64,000 nucleotides of DNA from the NCBI GenBank assembly GCA_020402865.1, contig JADBYT010000024.1, positions 71,949 to 135,948 on the forward strand, given 5' to 3'. The translations under genes were made by a program, and so were the position numbers. Positions 29,079-39,406 of this stretch are shown piece after piece. The notes beneath the pieces were generated by a model that was not told where the DNA came from, ran no database searches, and saw nothing but the letters and a program-made list of their open reading frames with translations. This DNA comes from Bacteroidota bacterium (GTDB lineage Bacteria; Bacteroidota; Bacteroidia; Palsa-965). Within the stretch, counting starts at the first letter, position 1; each line of letters opens with the position of its first letter.

Positions 29079-31289
29079 ATGATCGAAACAGCCACACCCG
29101 CCCTGTCCGAATGCTTGCAAAAGTTTTTCGGCTTCACAAAATTCAAGGGGCAGCAGGAAGCTATCATCAACAGCATTCTCGACGGTCACGATACATTTGT
29201 AATCATGCCCACCGGTGGTGGCAAATCGCTTTGTTATCAGCTGCCGGCATTAATGAGTGAAGGCACCGCCATTGTGGTTTCGCCGCTCATTGCCCTGATG
29301 AAGAATCAGGTGGATGCAATCCGCAATTTCGGTTCGGAAGAAGGTATTGCGCATTTCCTCAATTCATCGCTCACCAAAGCCGAAATTGCTCAGGTACGCA
29401 AAGACATCACTTCGGGTATAACCAAGTTGCTTTATGTGGCTCCCGAATCACTTACCAAAGAAGAAAACATCAGTTTCCTGCGCGATATCCGCATTTCCTT
29501 CTTCGCTATTGACGAGGCGCATTGTATTTCTGAATGGGGCCACGATTTCCGCCCCGAATACCGCCGCCTGCGCCCGATGATTGAGGAAATAGGACAGGTG
29601 CCCATTATTGCCCTCACCGCCACGGCTACGCCTAAAGTACAGCAGGACATTCTCAAAACGCTGGGCATGACCGGCGCCAATACCTTCAAATCGTCGTTCA
29701 ACCGCCACAACCTCTATTACGAAGTACGTCCCAAGAAAGACGTAGTAAAGGAAGTAATCCGCTACGTAAAAAAACAACCCGGCAAATCAGGCATTATCTA
29801 CTGCCTGAGCCGCAAAAAAGTAGAAGAACTTGCCGAAACCCTCAAAGTAAACGGCATTAAGGCGCTTCCCTATCACGCCGGTCTTGATGCTTCAACCCGT
29901 GCAGCCACACAGGATAAATTCCTTATGGAAGATATCGACGTAATTGTGGCTACCATTGCTTTTGGTATGGGTATCGACAAGCCGGATGTACGTTTTGTCA
30001 TTCACCACGACATTCCCAAGAGTCTCGAAGGATATTACCAGGAAACCGGTCGCGCCGGCCGCGACGGCGGCGAAGGAAATTGCCTGGTGTTTTACAGCTA
30101 CGACGATATCCAGAAACTGGAGAAGTTTATGAAAGGCAAGCCCGTGGCCGAACAGGAAATTGGTAAACAACTCCTGCTCGAAACCGTGGCTTACGCTGAA
30201 ACGTCGATGTGCCGCCGCAAAGTACTGCTGCATTATTTCGGTGAAGACTACAAGGAAGAAAACTGCAACGGCATGTGTGATAACTGCCGTCATCCCAAAA
30301 CCAAAGTAAATGCCACCGAAGACGTGGCGCTGGTACTGGAAACGGTAAAAGCAGTGAAGGAAAAATTCAAAGCCAAACACATTGAGCAGATGCTGCTGGG
30401 CGTGGTTACGGCCACGGTAAAATCATACAAGCACAATGAACTCGAAGAGTTTGGCAAAGGGGTGGAAGAAGGCAAGGATGAAACTTGGTGGAATGCGGTT
30501 ATCCGCACTGCCGTTGTAGAAAACCTGCTCAGCAAAGACATCGAAAACTACGGCCTGCTCAAACTTACCAAAGCCGGTAAAGCATTTATTGAGAAGCCTT
30601 ACGAGATCATGGTTTCACGTGATCACTCTTACGAAGATACCGAAACTGATGATGAAGATATCGTAACTGCGGGTGGTAAACAAAGTGGCGGCGGAGCCGA
30701 TACACAGCTTTACACGATGCTTAAAGATCTGTGCCGCACCATTGCCCGTCAGAAAAATCTGCCCCCTTACGTGGTGTTTCAGGAAACCTCGCTTGAGGAA
30801 ATGGCTATACAGTATCCCACCTGTATGGATGAACTTATGCGCATTACAGGCGTAGGATCAGGAAAGGCCGCCAAATTTGGCAAACCGTTTATCGACCTTA
30901 TTGCCAAGTATGTGGAGGAAAATGAAATTGAGCGTCCGCAGGATCTGGTGGTAAAGTCAATCGTAAACAAATCAGGCCTCAAGGTGCATATTATTCAAAG
31001 CATCGACCGTAAGCTTGATCTGGTGGACGTGGCCGAGGCCAAAGGGTTGAAAATTGAAGATGTAATTTCAGAAATCGAAAGCATTGTTCATTCCGGTACG
31101 CGGGTAAACATCAACTATTACATCGATCAGACCATTGACAGCGAGAAACAGGAAGAAATTGTAGATTACTTCCGTGAATCGGATTCCGATTCCATCGCCG
31201 AAGCCTTGAAAGAACTTGGAGAAGGAGATTTTTCGGAAGAAGAAATCCGGCTTGTGCGTATCAAGTTTCTTTCTGAATTCGGAAACTAA
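29079..31289 (+). CDS. recQ: ATP-dependent DNA helicase RecQ
   Basis: 'FGFTKFKGQQEAIINSILDGHDTFVIMPTGGGKSLCYQLPAL', DEAH box 'FAIDEAHCISEWGHDFRPEY', Zn-binding Cys cluster, and C-terminal RQC/HRDC region. Confidence 0.93.
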   Translation: MIETATPALSECLQKFFGFTKFKGQQEAIINSILDGHDTFVIMPTGGGKSLCYQLPALMSEGTAIVVSPLIALMKNQVDAIRNFGSEEGIAHFLNSSLTKAEIAQVRKDITSGITKLLYVAPESLTKEENISFLRDIRISFFAIDEAHCISEWGHDFRPEYRRLRPMIEEIGQVPIIALTATATPKVQQDILKTLGMTGANTFKSSFNRHNLYYEVRPKKDVVKEVIRYVKKQPGKSGIIYCLSRKKVEELAETLKVNGIKALPYHAGLDASTRAATQDKFLMEDIDVIVATIAFGMGIDKPDVRFVIHHDIPKSLEGYYQETGRAGRDGGEGNCLVFYSYDDIQKLEKFMKGKPVAEQEIGKQLLLETVAYAETSMCRRKVLLHYFGEDYKEENCNGMCDNCRHPKTKVNATEDVALVLETVKAVKEKFKAKHIEQMLLGVVTATVKSYKHNELEEFGKGVEEGKDETWWNAVIRTAVVENLLSKDIENYGLLKLTKAGKAFIEKPYEIMVSRDHSYEDTETDDEDIVTAGGKQSGGGADTQLYTMLKDLCRTIARQKNLPPYVVFQETSLEEMAIQYPTCMDELMRITGVGSGKAAKFGKPFIDLIAKYVEENEIERPQDLVVKSIVNKSGLKVHIIQSIDRKLDLVDVAEAKGLKIEDVISEIESIVHSGTRVNINYYIDQTIDSEKQEEIVDYFRESDSDSIAEALKELGEGDFSEEEIRLVRIKFLSEFGN

Positions 31290-31307
31290 ACAGTATTATT
31301 TTCAATG

Positions 31308-31340
31308 AAGAGAGGCTGCCCGTAACAGGCAGCCTCTCTT
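31308..31340. terminator. Terminator hairpin downstream of recQ
   Basis: 'AAGAGAGGCUGCC-cguaaca-GGCAGCCUCUCUU' 13-bp stem. Weak U-tract 'UAUUA'. Confidence 0.55.
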
Positions 31341-31417
31341 TATTACAAGGCGATTACTCCGGTTTTCAGGCAGAAAGCAGATCAGTTTGATGTAAAACGG
31401 GTTTATTGATGCGTGAG

Positions 31418-31651
31418 TTATGCCGCATCGGCACCCAACTCACGAAAACGTTTCCATTCGTAATAATGAAGCAGTGAGGCTTTGTGTGCAAACTCGCTGC
31501 GGAGTTTTTCATTGAGTTCGGGATGGGCTGTTTGTTGTGCGCAAAAAAGTGCGAGGAGGCGTTCGGTAGTTTCCAGTTGTAAAAGAGTAATACTTGAACG
31601 GATACTTTTACTGATACGCTCCGCAATAACGGGAATTTGTGACGTGTCCAT
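31418..31651 (-). CDS. Small hypothetical protein (77 aa, helical) downstream of alkB
   Basis: Clean ATG ORF, 96 nt downstream of alkB on the same strand. No motif. Confidence 0.3.
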   Translation of the reverse strand: MDTSQIPVIAERISKSIRSSITLLQLETTERLLALFCAQQTAHPELNEKLRSEFAHKASLLHYYEWKRFRELGADAA

Positions 31652-31747
31652 GCCAGAAGGGTTTAATATTATGCATACGAATAATGAACTACTTGCAGAA
31701 TATGTGCCAATATTTAATACAGAATATACAACAAACGCCGCCCGATG

Positions 31748-32347
31748 TCAAGTTATTGTTTGTATGTGGCGGAATGTCAGATTGATACGCATGCCCTGGG
31801 CTGTGCTGCTTTTGGGCAAACAATGTTGCCAGTGCGCCTGTGTGGGGCCGTGCATGAGCAGTAAACTGCCGTGTTGGAGGTGAATGGTGTGTTTGATTTG
31901 CAGGTTTTGTTTGTGGCGGAGCAGAAAACGCCGTGTTTGGCCCAGGCTGAGTGAGGCAATAACCGGGTCAGGACCGAGTTCGGCTTCATTGTCGCTGTGC
32001 CAGCCCATGCTGTCGTTGCCGTTGCGGTAGAGGTTGCAGAGCACACTGTTGAAGGTGTGTCCGGTTTCTGTTTGCAGGCGTGCGCGGAGTTGTTCGAGGG
32101 CGGGTGTAAACGGCAGCGGATCGTGGCGCAGGCCGCTGTAGGTGTATGCCGCGCCTTTGTCGCCGTACCATGCGGTGAGGCGGGGTTGCATCACCATTTT
32201 GCCAAACATGCGTATGGGCTGTTGCTGCCAGTGCAGCGATTGGTGCAGAAGTTGCAGCAGCGCATCGGCTTCGGGCGGCGACAGCCAGCCGGGTGTGTAG
32301 CTCAGCGCGGCATCGTGAAGGTGAAGGGTTGAATGTTCGTGAAACAT
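31748..32347 (-). CDS. alkB: Alpha-ketoglutarate-dependent dioxygenase AlkB (2OG-Fe(II) oxygenase, DNA/RNA alkylation repair)
   Basis: 'GWHSDNE' (HxD), 'SLLLMHG' (second His), 'RINLTFR' (2OG-binding Arg). Likely start ATG 32347; the track ORF extends to 32491. Confidence 0.8.
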   Translation of the reverse strand: MFHEHSTLHLHDAALSYTPGWLSPPEADALLQLLHQSLHWQQQPIRMFGKMVMQPRLTAWYGDKGAAYTYSGLRHDPLPFTPALEQLRARLQTETGHTFNSVLCNLYRNGNDSMGWHSDNEAELGPDPVIASLSLGQTRRFLLRHKQNLQIKHTIHLQHGSLLLMHGPTQAHWQHCLPKSSTAQGMRINLTFRHIQTIT

Positions 32348-32371
32348 TTTATTACCTTCATAACGTCTGAT

Positions 32372-33001
32372 ATGAAAAAAAGTTTGCTTCTTCTTTTTTG
32401 CATCACCTGCACGGCTCATTTTCTTGAGGCGCAACCTGTGCGGAGTTTTGGCGGGGCATCGGGGCCCGAATTGCGCTGGGCAATGTTTCACCCTCAGGCA
32501 TCACGCCATGCCTATGAAAGCGCACAGCGCGCACGCGCCGCTACCGATTCTTTACAGAAAGCCGGTGTGCTTACTGATGGAAACGGCGGACAGCTTGATG
32601 CGTTCAGACATGCTTACTGGATGGCCTTGTGTGTGCAGGAAATTACACCGCAAAAAGCGGAGGCGCTGGGCAAGGCACACGAAAAATCAAACTACCGCCA
32701 GTTCAAACGCGGTCGCTTCGAAGACGGTGTTCAACCCGATTCTATGGCCTGCGAAATGGACTTGTTCAACAACAGTACCGGTATTGCCATTGGCCTGGCT
32801 TATAAGTTTGATCAGCAAAAAAATAAATCTCCGCTTATTAACCGTGTTATTGCAGCCATAAAATCCGGACAGTTGCGCATACTCCGTAAAGATGCAGCCG
32901 GGAATTATTTAACCTGCAGCGGCGTAGTAATTGATATGGTCAGCCATAAAGGGAAATGGAATATCCCCAAATGTCTGGTAAAGTCGGATAACACTCCCTG
33001 A
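32372..33001 (+). CDS. Hypothetical secreted protein
   Basis: Signal peptide 'MKKSLLLLFCITCTAHFLEAQ'. Conserved-looking 'DAFRHAYWMALC' block. Confidence 0.5.
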   Translation: MKKSLLLLFCITCTAHFLEAQPVRSFGGASGPELRWAMFHPQASRHAYESAQRARAATDSLQKAGVLTDGNGGQLDAFRHAYWMALCVQEITPQKAEALGKAHEKSNYRQFKRGRFEDGVQPDSMACEMDLFNNSTGIAIGLAYKFDQQKNKSPLINRVIAAIKSGQLRILRKDAAGNYLTCSGVVIDMVSHKGKWNIPKCLVKSDNTP

Positions 33002-33203
33002 ATCAATTTGAAATAGATATTCCTATTAAAGAAGTAGGTAAATATAAATTATTAAACACCGTAGAATAGTCTGATTGAATTTTTCATTTTACCAATGATT
33101 ACAAGTGGCTCAGCGAATAATAACATAAATACTTCAATTTGCTCACCGAAGAATAATCTTATCCTGTATTGATTCAATGATTATTTTGGGAATACATTTA
33201 CGT

Positions 33204-34997
33204 ATGTACCCCTTTAAACATCAGTCCTCAAAATTTATTGCCGCATTGCTTGGTAGCTTGTGCTGTCTTGCTTTGCAGGCGCAGGTAAGCTTGTATTCGT
33301 TTTCCGAAACAGCCGCCACTTATACTGCTGTTTCGGGAACAGTAATACACGCTGCCGGGTGGAATGATCCTGCGCCGGTGAGTGTGCCTATACCATTTAC
33401 ATTTACGTTTAACAGTGTGGGTTATACTTCGTGCAGTGTAAACGGAAACGGGTATATCACTTTTGGAGCTACTGTTTCTGCGGCAGCGGGAACAACGCCT
33501 GTTTCTGTCGCAACGGGATACAATGGTGCCGTTTCTGCGATGGGGATTGATCTCATCAGCAACAGTTCTGTTATCGAATATGCCACCACCGGCATTGCTC
33601 CCAACCGTGTTTTTGTGGTTCAGTGGAGTAATTGCAGGAGGGTGGCCGATAACAATGCCGGTGCCGACTGGAATTTTCAGATCCGGCTGCTGGAAACCAG
33701 CAATGTAATTCAGGTGCGCTATGGCACATGCGGGGCAACCAATGCCACCAATACCATTGTTTCCCAAATTGGTTTGCGCGGTGCCACAAATGCCGACTTC
33801 AACAACCGCCGCAAAACCACAGCTTCCTCCTGGGCACTCACCACCACTGCCGGCACACTGAATACACATACCGTACTAAGTCGCAGCACGGCTCTGCCGC
33901 CTTCGGGGCGTACTTTCATCTGGACACCCTCGTTAATTACCAATTCCTGCGACCCGAACGGGAATGTGATTATTTATTCAAACTACGATGGCGGCATACT
34001 CAACATCAATGTCGATCAGAATATTCCCAATCTGAAAATAGGCGTGTGTACGTATGAAGGTGTAACGATAAACATTTCCGGCACATTTGCAGCAAATGTA
34101 ACCGAGGTGCGCTACGTGGGCTTCAACGGCGCCAATGCACATTGCAGCGGTGTAATCAATACCAGTATAAATGGGGCACCGGCAGCTGTTACTTCTGTAA
34201 GTTTTTATCCTTCAGCCACCATGACCGATCCAAATGGCAGCAGTAATATGGTTTGTGGTTACAGCTGCAGCACCGGCAATCAGGGCGGATGTAATACCGC
34301 CGGGCAAATTGCACACTATTTCCTTACGCAGTTTGGCGGTACATTGCGTTATCATTTTACCCAATACGGTTGCTGGGCCAGTTCCTATCTGGTAAGCAGT
34401 GGCGGCAATTGTTGCTTTGTCAATCAGGTATTGCCCGTTGAACTTAACTATTTCACTGCTGTATGCGATGTAAACGGCAATGCACAACTCGTATGGGAAA
34501 CCGCTACCGAAACCAACAATCATTATTTTACCCTTGAACGTTCCGACGATGGCAGCCGGTTTTATACGCTTGCCACATTAAACGGAGCCGGCAACAGTTC
34601 GTCGCCCAGCCACTATTCATTTACTGATCAAAGCGAACATCCGGCAGTGGTTTACTATCGCTTACGCCAGACCGATTATAACGGAGCTTCAGCACTTTTT
34701 CCGGTGCGTGTATTTAATCGTGAATCGTGTATGGATCAGGCCAATGAAGTGAGTGTATTTCCGAATCCGGCTTTACACAGGCTGGTACTTCAATGGAACA
34801 ATGAAGAAGAATCACCATACACAATTGAAGTGCGTGATCTTCTGGGAAGGGTAATGCTTACTCAGTATTTCACTCCTCAAACGGTATCGGCTTTAGTTGT
34901 GCTGCAAATTGATGATCTTCCGCAGGGCACATACATTGTTTCTCTTTACGATGAGGAATTCGGAAAGCACCGGCATGTGCATTTCGTGAAGCAGTAG
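33204..34997 (+). CDS. Secreted protein with T9SS C-terminal sorting domain (cargo of the type IX secretion system), function unknown
   Basis: Signal peptide 'MYPFKHQSSKFIAALLGSLCCLALQAQ'. C-terminal roughly 80 aa '...VSVFPNPALHRLVLQW...GTYIVSLYDEEFGKHRHVHFVKQ' matches a T9SS type A CTD. Confidence 0.7.
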   Translation: MYPFKHQSSKFIAALLGSLCCLALQAQVSLYSFSETAATYTAVSGTVIHAAGWNDPAPVSVPIPFTFTFNSVGYTSCSVNGNGYITFGATVSAAAGTTPVSVATGYNGAVSAMGIDLISNSSVIEYATTGIAPNRVFVVQWSNCRRVADNNAGADWNFQIRLLETSNVIQVRYGTCGATNATNTIVSQIGLRGATNADFNNRRKTTASSWALTTTAGTLNTHTVLSRSTALPPSGRTFIWTPSLITNSCDPNGNVIIYSNYDGGILNINVDQNIPNLKIGVCTYEGVTINISGTFAANVTEVRYVGFNGANAHCSGVINTSINGAPAAVTSVSFYPSATMTDPNGSSNMVCGYSCSTGNQGGCNTAGQIAHYFLTQFGGTLRYHFTQYGCWASSYLVSSGGNCCFVNQVLPVELNYFTAVCDVNGNAQLVWETATETNNHYFTLERSDDGSRFYTLATLNGAGNSSSPSHYSFTDQSEHPAVVYYRLRQTDYNGASALFPVRVFNRESCMDQANEVSVFPNPALHRLVLQWNNEEESPYTIEVRDLLGRVMLTQYFTPQTVSALVVLQIDDLPQGTYIVSLYDEEFGKHRHVHFVKQ

Positions 34998-35069
34998 GGA
35001 AGAGGATTTGCATAAAATCAGGGCATTTCTAACTTTGCCTTCATCATGGCATAATCGTTGCCCTGAAAC

Positions 35070-35843
35070 GTGCCGATGAAAACACTTTTCTGCTTCATTC
35101 TCTTCACTTTTTGCTCAACCGTGCTGCCTGCACAGTTTGGTTTACCGCCCGGTTTTGATATTAAAGCCTTCCAGCAAACCGAGCGTGATGTGATCTGGAT
35201 GCTTGAATGCGATACCGCGCAGCAACTGGTAGAACAGGCCGACGCATCAGTGGCCGGACAAACACTTATTTGCATTCAAAATACAAAAAACACCGGCTGG
35301 CAGGTATTTGCCGGAAAACTCGATTCAAACGGACTGTTCAAACAGGTACGCTATACTGTTTCCGAAAAAGGAAAAGTAGAAAAGCAAACCCGCACCGGCG
35401 ATACCACACAGTGTGATGCCATGGCCCGCGCACTCTGGCATGCAAAACAACTTAGCCAGAAGTATCACCGGCCCGAAGCCAAACGTTTTTACGTGCGCGC
35501 TAATACAGATCTTTCTATTCAGGTTAATGCATTTACCGAAATGCAATCACCCGCACGTATTGAATACGACGACGAATGTAACTGGTGGTTTTCGGCCGAC
35601 GGCACAAAACTGGTTACATCAAAAATTATCCGCCATGGCATTGTTGCTGACGATATTCAGAACGGGTTACCTCGTTTTCAAACAAAAGAAAAAATGCCCA
35701 CTGCGGGAATAATGTATAATATTTACAAATTCCGTTTCCCGATTGCTGAGGTGGAATATCGGAATGGTATCAGCACCTGTCATTACAAAGCCAGTGAATT
35801 ACTGCGCACATGGGAACATGTGGCAAAAGAGAAAAAGAAGTAA
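35070..35843 (+). CDS. Hypothetical secreted protein
   Basis: Signal peptide 'MPMKTLFCFILFTFCSTVLPAQ'. No recognised motif. Confidence 0.5.
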   Translation: MPMKTLFCFILFTFCSTVLPAQFGLPPGFDIKAFQQTERDVIWMLECDTAQQLVEQADASVAGQTLICIQNTKNTGWQVFAGKLDSNGLFKQVRYTVSEKGKVEKQTRTGDTTQCDAMARALWHAKQLSQKYHRPEAKRFYVRANTDLSIQVNAFTEMQSPARIEYDDECNWWFSADGTKLVTSKIIRHGIVADDIQNGLPRFQTKEKMPTAGIMYNIYKFRFPIAEVEYRNGISTCHYKASELLRTWEHVAKEKKK

Positions 35844-35874
35844 GCCGGGATAATTATTTCCTGAACGGGAATAA

Positions 35875-36825
35875 TTACGTTCTTAATCCCAAAGCCTTGA
35901 GCACGTTTCGGCCTTCATCGTGTATTTCCCATGCCAGTATGGCGCGATCGTCGCCTGTGGAAATGAGCAGATCGTGATAGTTGCTCCACAACAGGCGGTT
36001 TACCGAATTGTGGTGGCCGTTAAAACGTTCGCGGTTAAGACGTACAATAATATTACGCGTAGCGGGATCCCAGATTTTAACTGTTTTATCGCGGCTGCCG
36101 GTGGCAAAGTAATTTCCCTCGGGCGACCATACAATGCTGTAAATGGCGTAGTTGTGGGCCGGAATGGATTCGATGCGGTTGTAATTTTCATCCCACACAT
36201 TCAGGTGTGCATCTTTTCCGCCCGAAAGCAGGAAACTTCCGTCGGGCGACCAGCTCACACAATTTGCCGACTGGGCATGCGCTTCGAAGCAGGCAATTTC
36301 GGTTACTGCAGGCAGCTCGAAAATGCGCACGTTACCATCGCCCGAAGCCACCGCCAGCAAATTGCCGTTTGGATGCAGCGCAAGGCCGCGTACTTTGCCG
36401 GTGCAGAGTTTGCGGATTTTCAGCAACTCAAGTGTATCAGTATCGCCCACGGCCAGCTGCCCGTCGGCACCGGCCGAAAAAAACAGGCCATGAGCAGGCG
36501 CCACCAGCAGGTCGAACACGGCGGCCGCATGCAGTTGCAAAATTTTAATCTCGCTTCGCTTTATCGTATCAATAAAATGTATGCTGCCTGCACCTGTTCC
36601 GGCCAGCAGCACGTTTTGCGGCTGAAGATGCAGCAAACTGTACACCGGCGCAGGCAGCTGGGCCGTAAATCCGCCCTGGTGCCCGGTTTCAAGATCCCAG
36701 GAAGCGATAAATCTGTCGCTGCTTCCGCTAAGGATCTGATTGTGTGTAAACCCTTGAGCCAGTGCATATACTGCGCCACTATGGCCGGTAAGGGCATGCC
36801 GTTTGCGAATCACCGGTTCACTCAT
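35875..36825 (-). CDS. WD40-repeat beta-propeller protein
   Basis: Repeated WD units: 'SGSSDRFIASWDLETG', 'GGKDAHLNVWDEN', 'TGSRDKTVKIWDP', 'TGDDRAILAWE'. Start ATG 36825 ('MSEPVIRKRHALTGHSGAVYAL'); the track ORF extends to 36873. Confidence 0.75.
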   Translation of the reverse strand: MSEPVIRKRHALTGHSGAVYALAQGFTHNQILSGSSDRFIASWDLETGHQGGFTAQLPAPVYSLLHLQPQNVLLAGTGAGSIHFIDTIKRSEIKILQLHAAAVFDLLVAPAHGLFFSAGADGQLAVGDTDTLELLKIRKLCTGKVRGLALHPNGNLLAVASGDGNVRIFELPAVTEIACFEAHAQSANCVSWSPDGSFLLSGGKDAHLNVWDENYNRIESIPAHNYAIYSIVWSPEGNYFATGSRDKTVKIWDPATRNIIVRLNRERFNGHHNSVNRLLWSNYHDLLISTGDDRAILAWEIHDEGRNVLKALGLRT

Positions 36826-36899
36826 ACTGCAAAGATGGAGGGTTTTGCGTAAATTCGCGGAAGAGATTTTCATTCATTCACATTAAACTGCGCATTAGT

Positions 36900-39329
36900 A
36901 TGAGCAACGCAGCCGTCAGCCCGGCAGTATCGGTTTCTGCCGCCGAAAAAAATTTCAGAGACATTGTGCTTAATGATTACCGCATTGCCTTTGAAAGCCG
37001 CGAAACCAGCCTTACCGGCCGTAAAGAAGTACTTACCGGTAAAGCCAAATTCGGAATTTTTGGCGACGGGAAAGAACTTGCTCAGATTGCCATGGCCAAA
37101 GTTTTCCGCAACGGCGATTTCCGTTCGGGCTACTACCGCGACCAGACCTTTATGCTGGCCACCGGCAATCTTACCGTGCAGCAGTGGTTTGCACAACTCT
37201 ACGCGCATACCGATGTGGAAGCCGAACCTTCTTCGGCAGGCCGACAAATGAACGGACACTACGCCACCCGTAGCATCAATGCCGACGGGTCGTGGAAGAA
37301 TCTCATGCAGATCAAGAATTCATCGTCCGATATTTCACCCACTGCAGGGCAAATGCTCCGTCTGGTGGGGCTGGCGCTGGCATCAAAACATTACCGTCAC
37401 AACGAATTGCTGCACGCTTCGCAATACAGCATTTTCTCTGATAAAGGAAACGAAATAGCATTCGGTACTATTGGTGATGCTTCTACATCAGAAGGGCATT
37501 TCTGGGAAGCCATGAATGCGGCCGGTGTGCAACAGATTCCGATGCTCGTTTCGGTGTGGGATGATGGTTACGGAATTTCGGTTTCCAAAAAATACCAAAC
37601 CACCAAAGAAAGTATTTCCGAAGCACTTGCCGGTTTTCAGCGAACAGCCGATACACCCGGTTTTGAAATTTTCAAAACACGTGGCTGGGATTATCCGCAC
37701 CTTGTGGAAACCTACGAGAAAGCTGCCAAAGTTTGCCGCGAAGAGCACGTACCCGTTCTTATTCACGTGGAGCAGGTGTGCCAGCCGCAAGGGCACTCTA
37801 CTTCAGGCTCGCACGAGCGTTACAAAACGCCGGAGCGTTTGCAGTGGGAGAAAGATTTCGATTGCATTTTGCGGTTCCGCAACTGGATTATCAGCAACAG
37901 TGTAGCTACTGCCGAGGAGCTTGATAATATTGAAAAGTCGGCCAAAGAAGCCGTGCGTAATGCGCGACGCGCAGCCTGGGAAGCGTTTACCACACCCATA
38001 TCGGCCGAAGTAAAAGAAGTGCTCAGCCTGCTTGATGCACTTGCTGCTGAAAGCGCAAACGGCGTATTCATCACCAAACTGCGCAACACGCTTGCCGAAA
38101 CAACCGACCCTATTCGCCGCGATATTTTTGTAACTGCACGCGGTGCGCTGCGCTATGTGCGCAACGAAAACATCCCTTCCCGCACACGCCTTGCCGGATG
38201 GGTAAAACAGCAAACGGCTGTCAACTTTACACGTTACAGCTCCACACTTACCAGCGAAACCGCCGGCGCGGCCGCACAGCTTACACCTGTGCCTGTACAC
38301 TACGGCAGTGAGGAAAAGCAGCTTAACGGCTACGAAATTCTCCGCGATAACTTCGACGCTATTCTGAAGAAATATCCCGAAGTGTGCATCTTCGGCGAAG
38401 ATGCCGGTGGAATTGGCGGTGTAAACCAGAGTCTCGAAGGCCTGCAGAAAAAATACGGCACCATTCGCGTGTTCGATACAGGTATCCGCGAAGCCACCAT
38501 CCTCGGTCAGGCTATCGGTATGGCCATGCGCGGTCTTCGGCCGATTGCCGAAATTCAGTACCTCGATTATCTGCTCTATGCACTGCAGGCCATCAGCGAT
38601 GATCTTGCAACTGTGCAGTGGCGCACGATGGGCGGACAAAAAGCGCCCGTAATTATCAGCACGCGCGGGCATCGCCTCGAAGGTGTGTGGCACTCCGGCT
38701 CGCCCATGGGTATGATTATTCATGCCGTGCGTGGTGTGCATGTGTGTGTGCCGCGCAACATGACGCAGGCCGCAGGTTTCTACAACACACTGCTGCGCGG
38801 CGACGATCCGGGCCTTGTGGTGGAGCCGCTCAACTCGTACCGCCTCAAGGAACGCATGCCCGAAAACATGGGTGAGTTCTGTGTACCGCTCGGCCAGCCC
38901 GAAACGCTGCGCGAAGGAACTGATGTGACGCTGGTAAGCTACGGCCCCACGCTGCGTCTGGCCATGGAAGCTGCCAGCCAGCTCCAGCAGGCTGATATTA
39001 GTGTGGAAGTAATTGACGTGCAAACACTGCTGCCTTTTGATGCCAACCACCGCATCGCCGAATCATTGAAAAAGACAAACCGCCTGCTGGTGGTTGACGA
39101 AGATGTACCCGGCGGCGCAAGCGCATTCATCCTGCAACAGATTATGGAAGTACAGGGCGGTTTCCGCTGGCTCGACAGTAATCCGCGCACACTGGCTGCT
39201 AAGGAGCATCGTCCGGCATACGGCTCAGACGGCGATTATTTCAGCAAGCCTTCTGCCGAAGATATTTACGAAACTGTATATGAAATGATGCACGAAGCAA
39301 ATCCTGCCAAGTGGCCTTCGTTGTATTAA
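36900..39329 (+). CDS. 2-oxoacid dehydrogenase E1 component, fused alpha and beta subunits (TPP-dependent; branched-chain keto acid / pyruvate dehydrogenase E1 type)
   Basis: N-terminal half has E1-alpha TPP-binding features ('GDASTSEGHFWEAMNAA'). C-terminal half has transketolase-like Pyr and C-terminal domains ('IFGEDAGGIGGVNQSLEGLQKKYG...RVFDTGIREATILGQAIGMAM'). 809 aa. Confidence 0.85.
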   Translation: MSNAAVSPAVSVSAAEKNFRDIVLNDYRIAFESRETSLTGRKEVLTGKAKFGIFGDGKELAQIAMAKVFRNGDFRSGYYRDQTFMLATGNLTVQQWFAQLYAHTDVEAEPSSAGRQMNGHYATRSINADGSWKNLMQIKNSSSDISPTAGQMLRLVGLALASKHYRHNELLHASQYSIFSDKGNEIAFGTIGDASTSEGHFWEAMNAAGVQQIPMLVSVWDDGYGISVSKKYQTTKESISEALAGFQRTADTPGFEIFKTRGWDYPHLVETYEKAAKVCREEHVPVLIHVEQVCQPQGHSTSGSHERYKTPERLQWEKDFDCILRFRNWIISNSVATAEELDNIEKSAKEAVRNARRAAWEAFTTPISAEVKEVLSLLDALAAESANGVFITKLRNTLAETTDPIRRDIFVTARGALRYVRNENIPSRTRLAGWVKQQTAVNFTRYSSTLTSETAGAAAQLTPVPVHYGSEEKQLNGYEILRDNFDAILKKYPEVCIFGEDAGGIGGVNQSLEGLQKKYGTIRVFDTGIREATILGQAIGMAMRGLRPIAEIQYLDYLLYALQAISDDLATVQWRTMGGQKAPVIISTRGHRLEGVWHSGSPMGMIIHAVRGVHVCVPRNMTQAAGFYNTLLRGDDPGLVVEPLNSYRLKERMPENMGEFCVPLGQPETLREGTDVTLVSYGPTLRLAMEAASQLQQADISVEVIDVQTLLPFDANHRIAESLKKTNRLLVVDEDVPGGASAFILQQIMEVQGGFRWLDSNPRTLAAKEHRPAYGSDGDYFSKPSAEDIYETVYEMMHEANPAKWPSLY

Positions 39330-39345
39330 ACAATACAAATAATTA

Positions 39346-39380
39346 AAAAAGAGTCGCCGGATGAACGGCGACTCTTTTTG
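39346..39380 (+). terminator. Rho-independent terminator after the E1 gene
   Basis: 'AAAAAGAGUCGCCG-gaugaa-CGGCGACUCUUUUU' 14-bp stem then 'GUAAAAUC'. Confidence 0.75.
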
Positions 39381-39406
39381 TAAAATCAACTTTCAAATTC
39401 AACGCA

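Noticed and set aside
33228-33869. 213-aa minus-strand ORF inside the T9SS cargo gene
   Set aside because: Antisense open frame. Cys/Gly-rich with no structure.
35920-36852. 310-aa plus-strand ORF antisense to the WD40 gene
   Set aside because: The WD40 repeats on the opposite strand are unambiguous. This is an open antisense frame.
37803-39050. 415-aa minus-strand ORF antisense to the E1 dehydrogenase gene
   Set aside because: It lies inside a confidently identified CDS. The Arg/Gly/Ala-rich product has no motifs.
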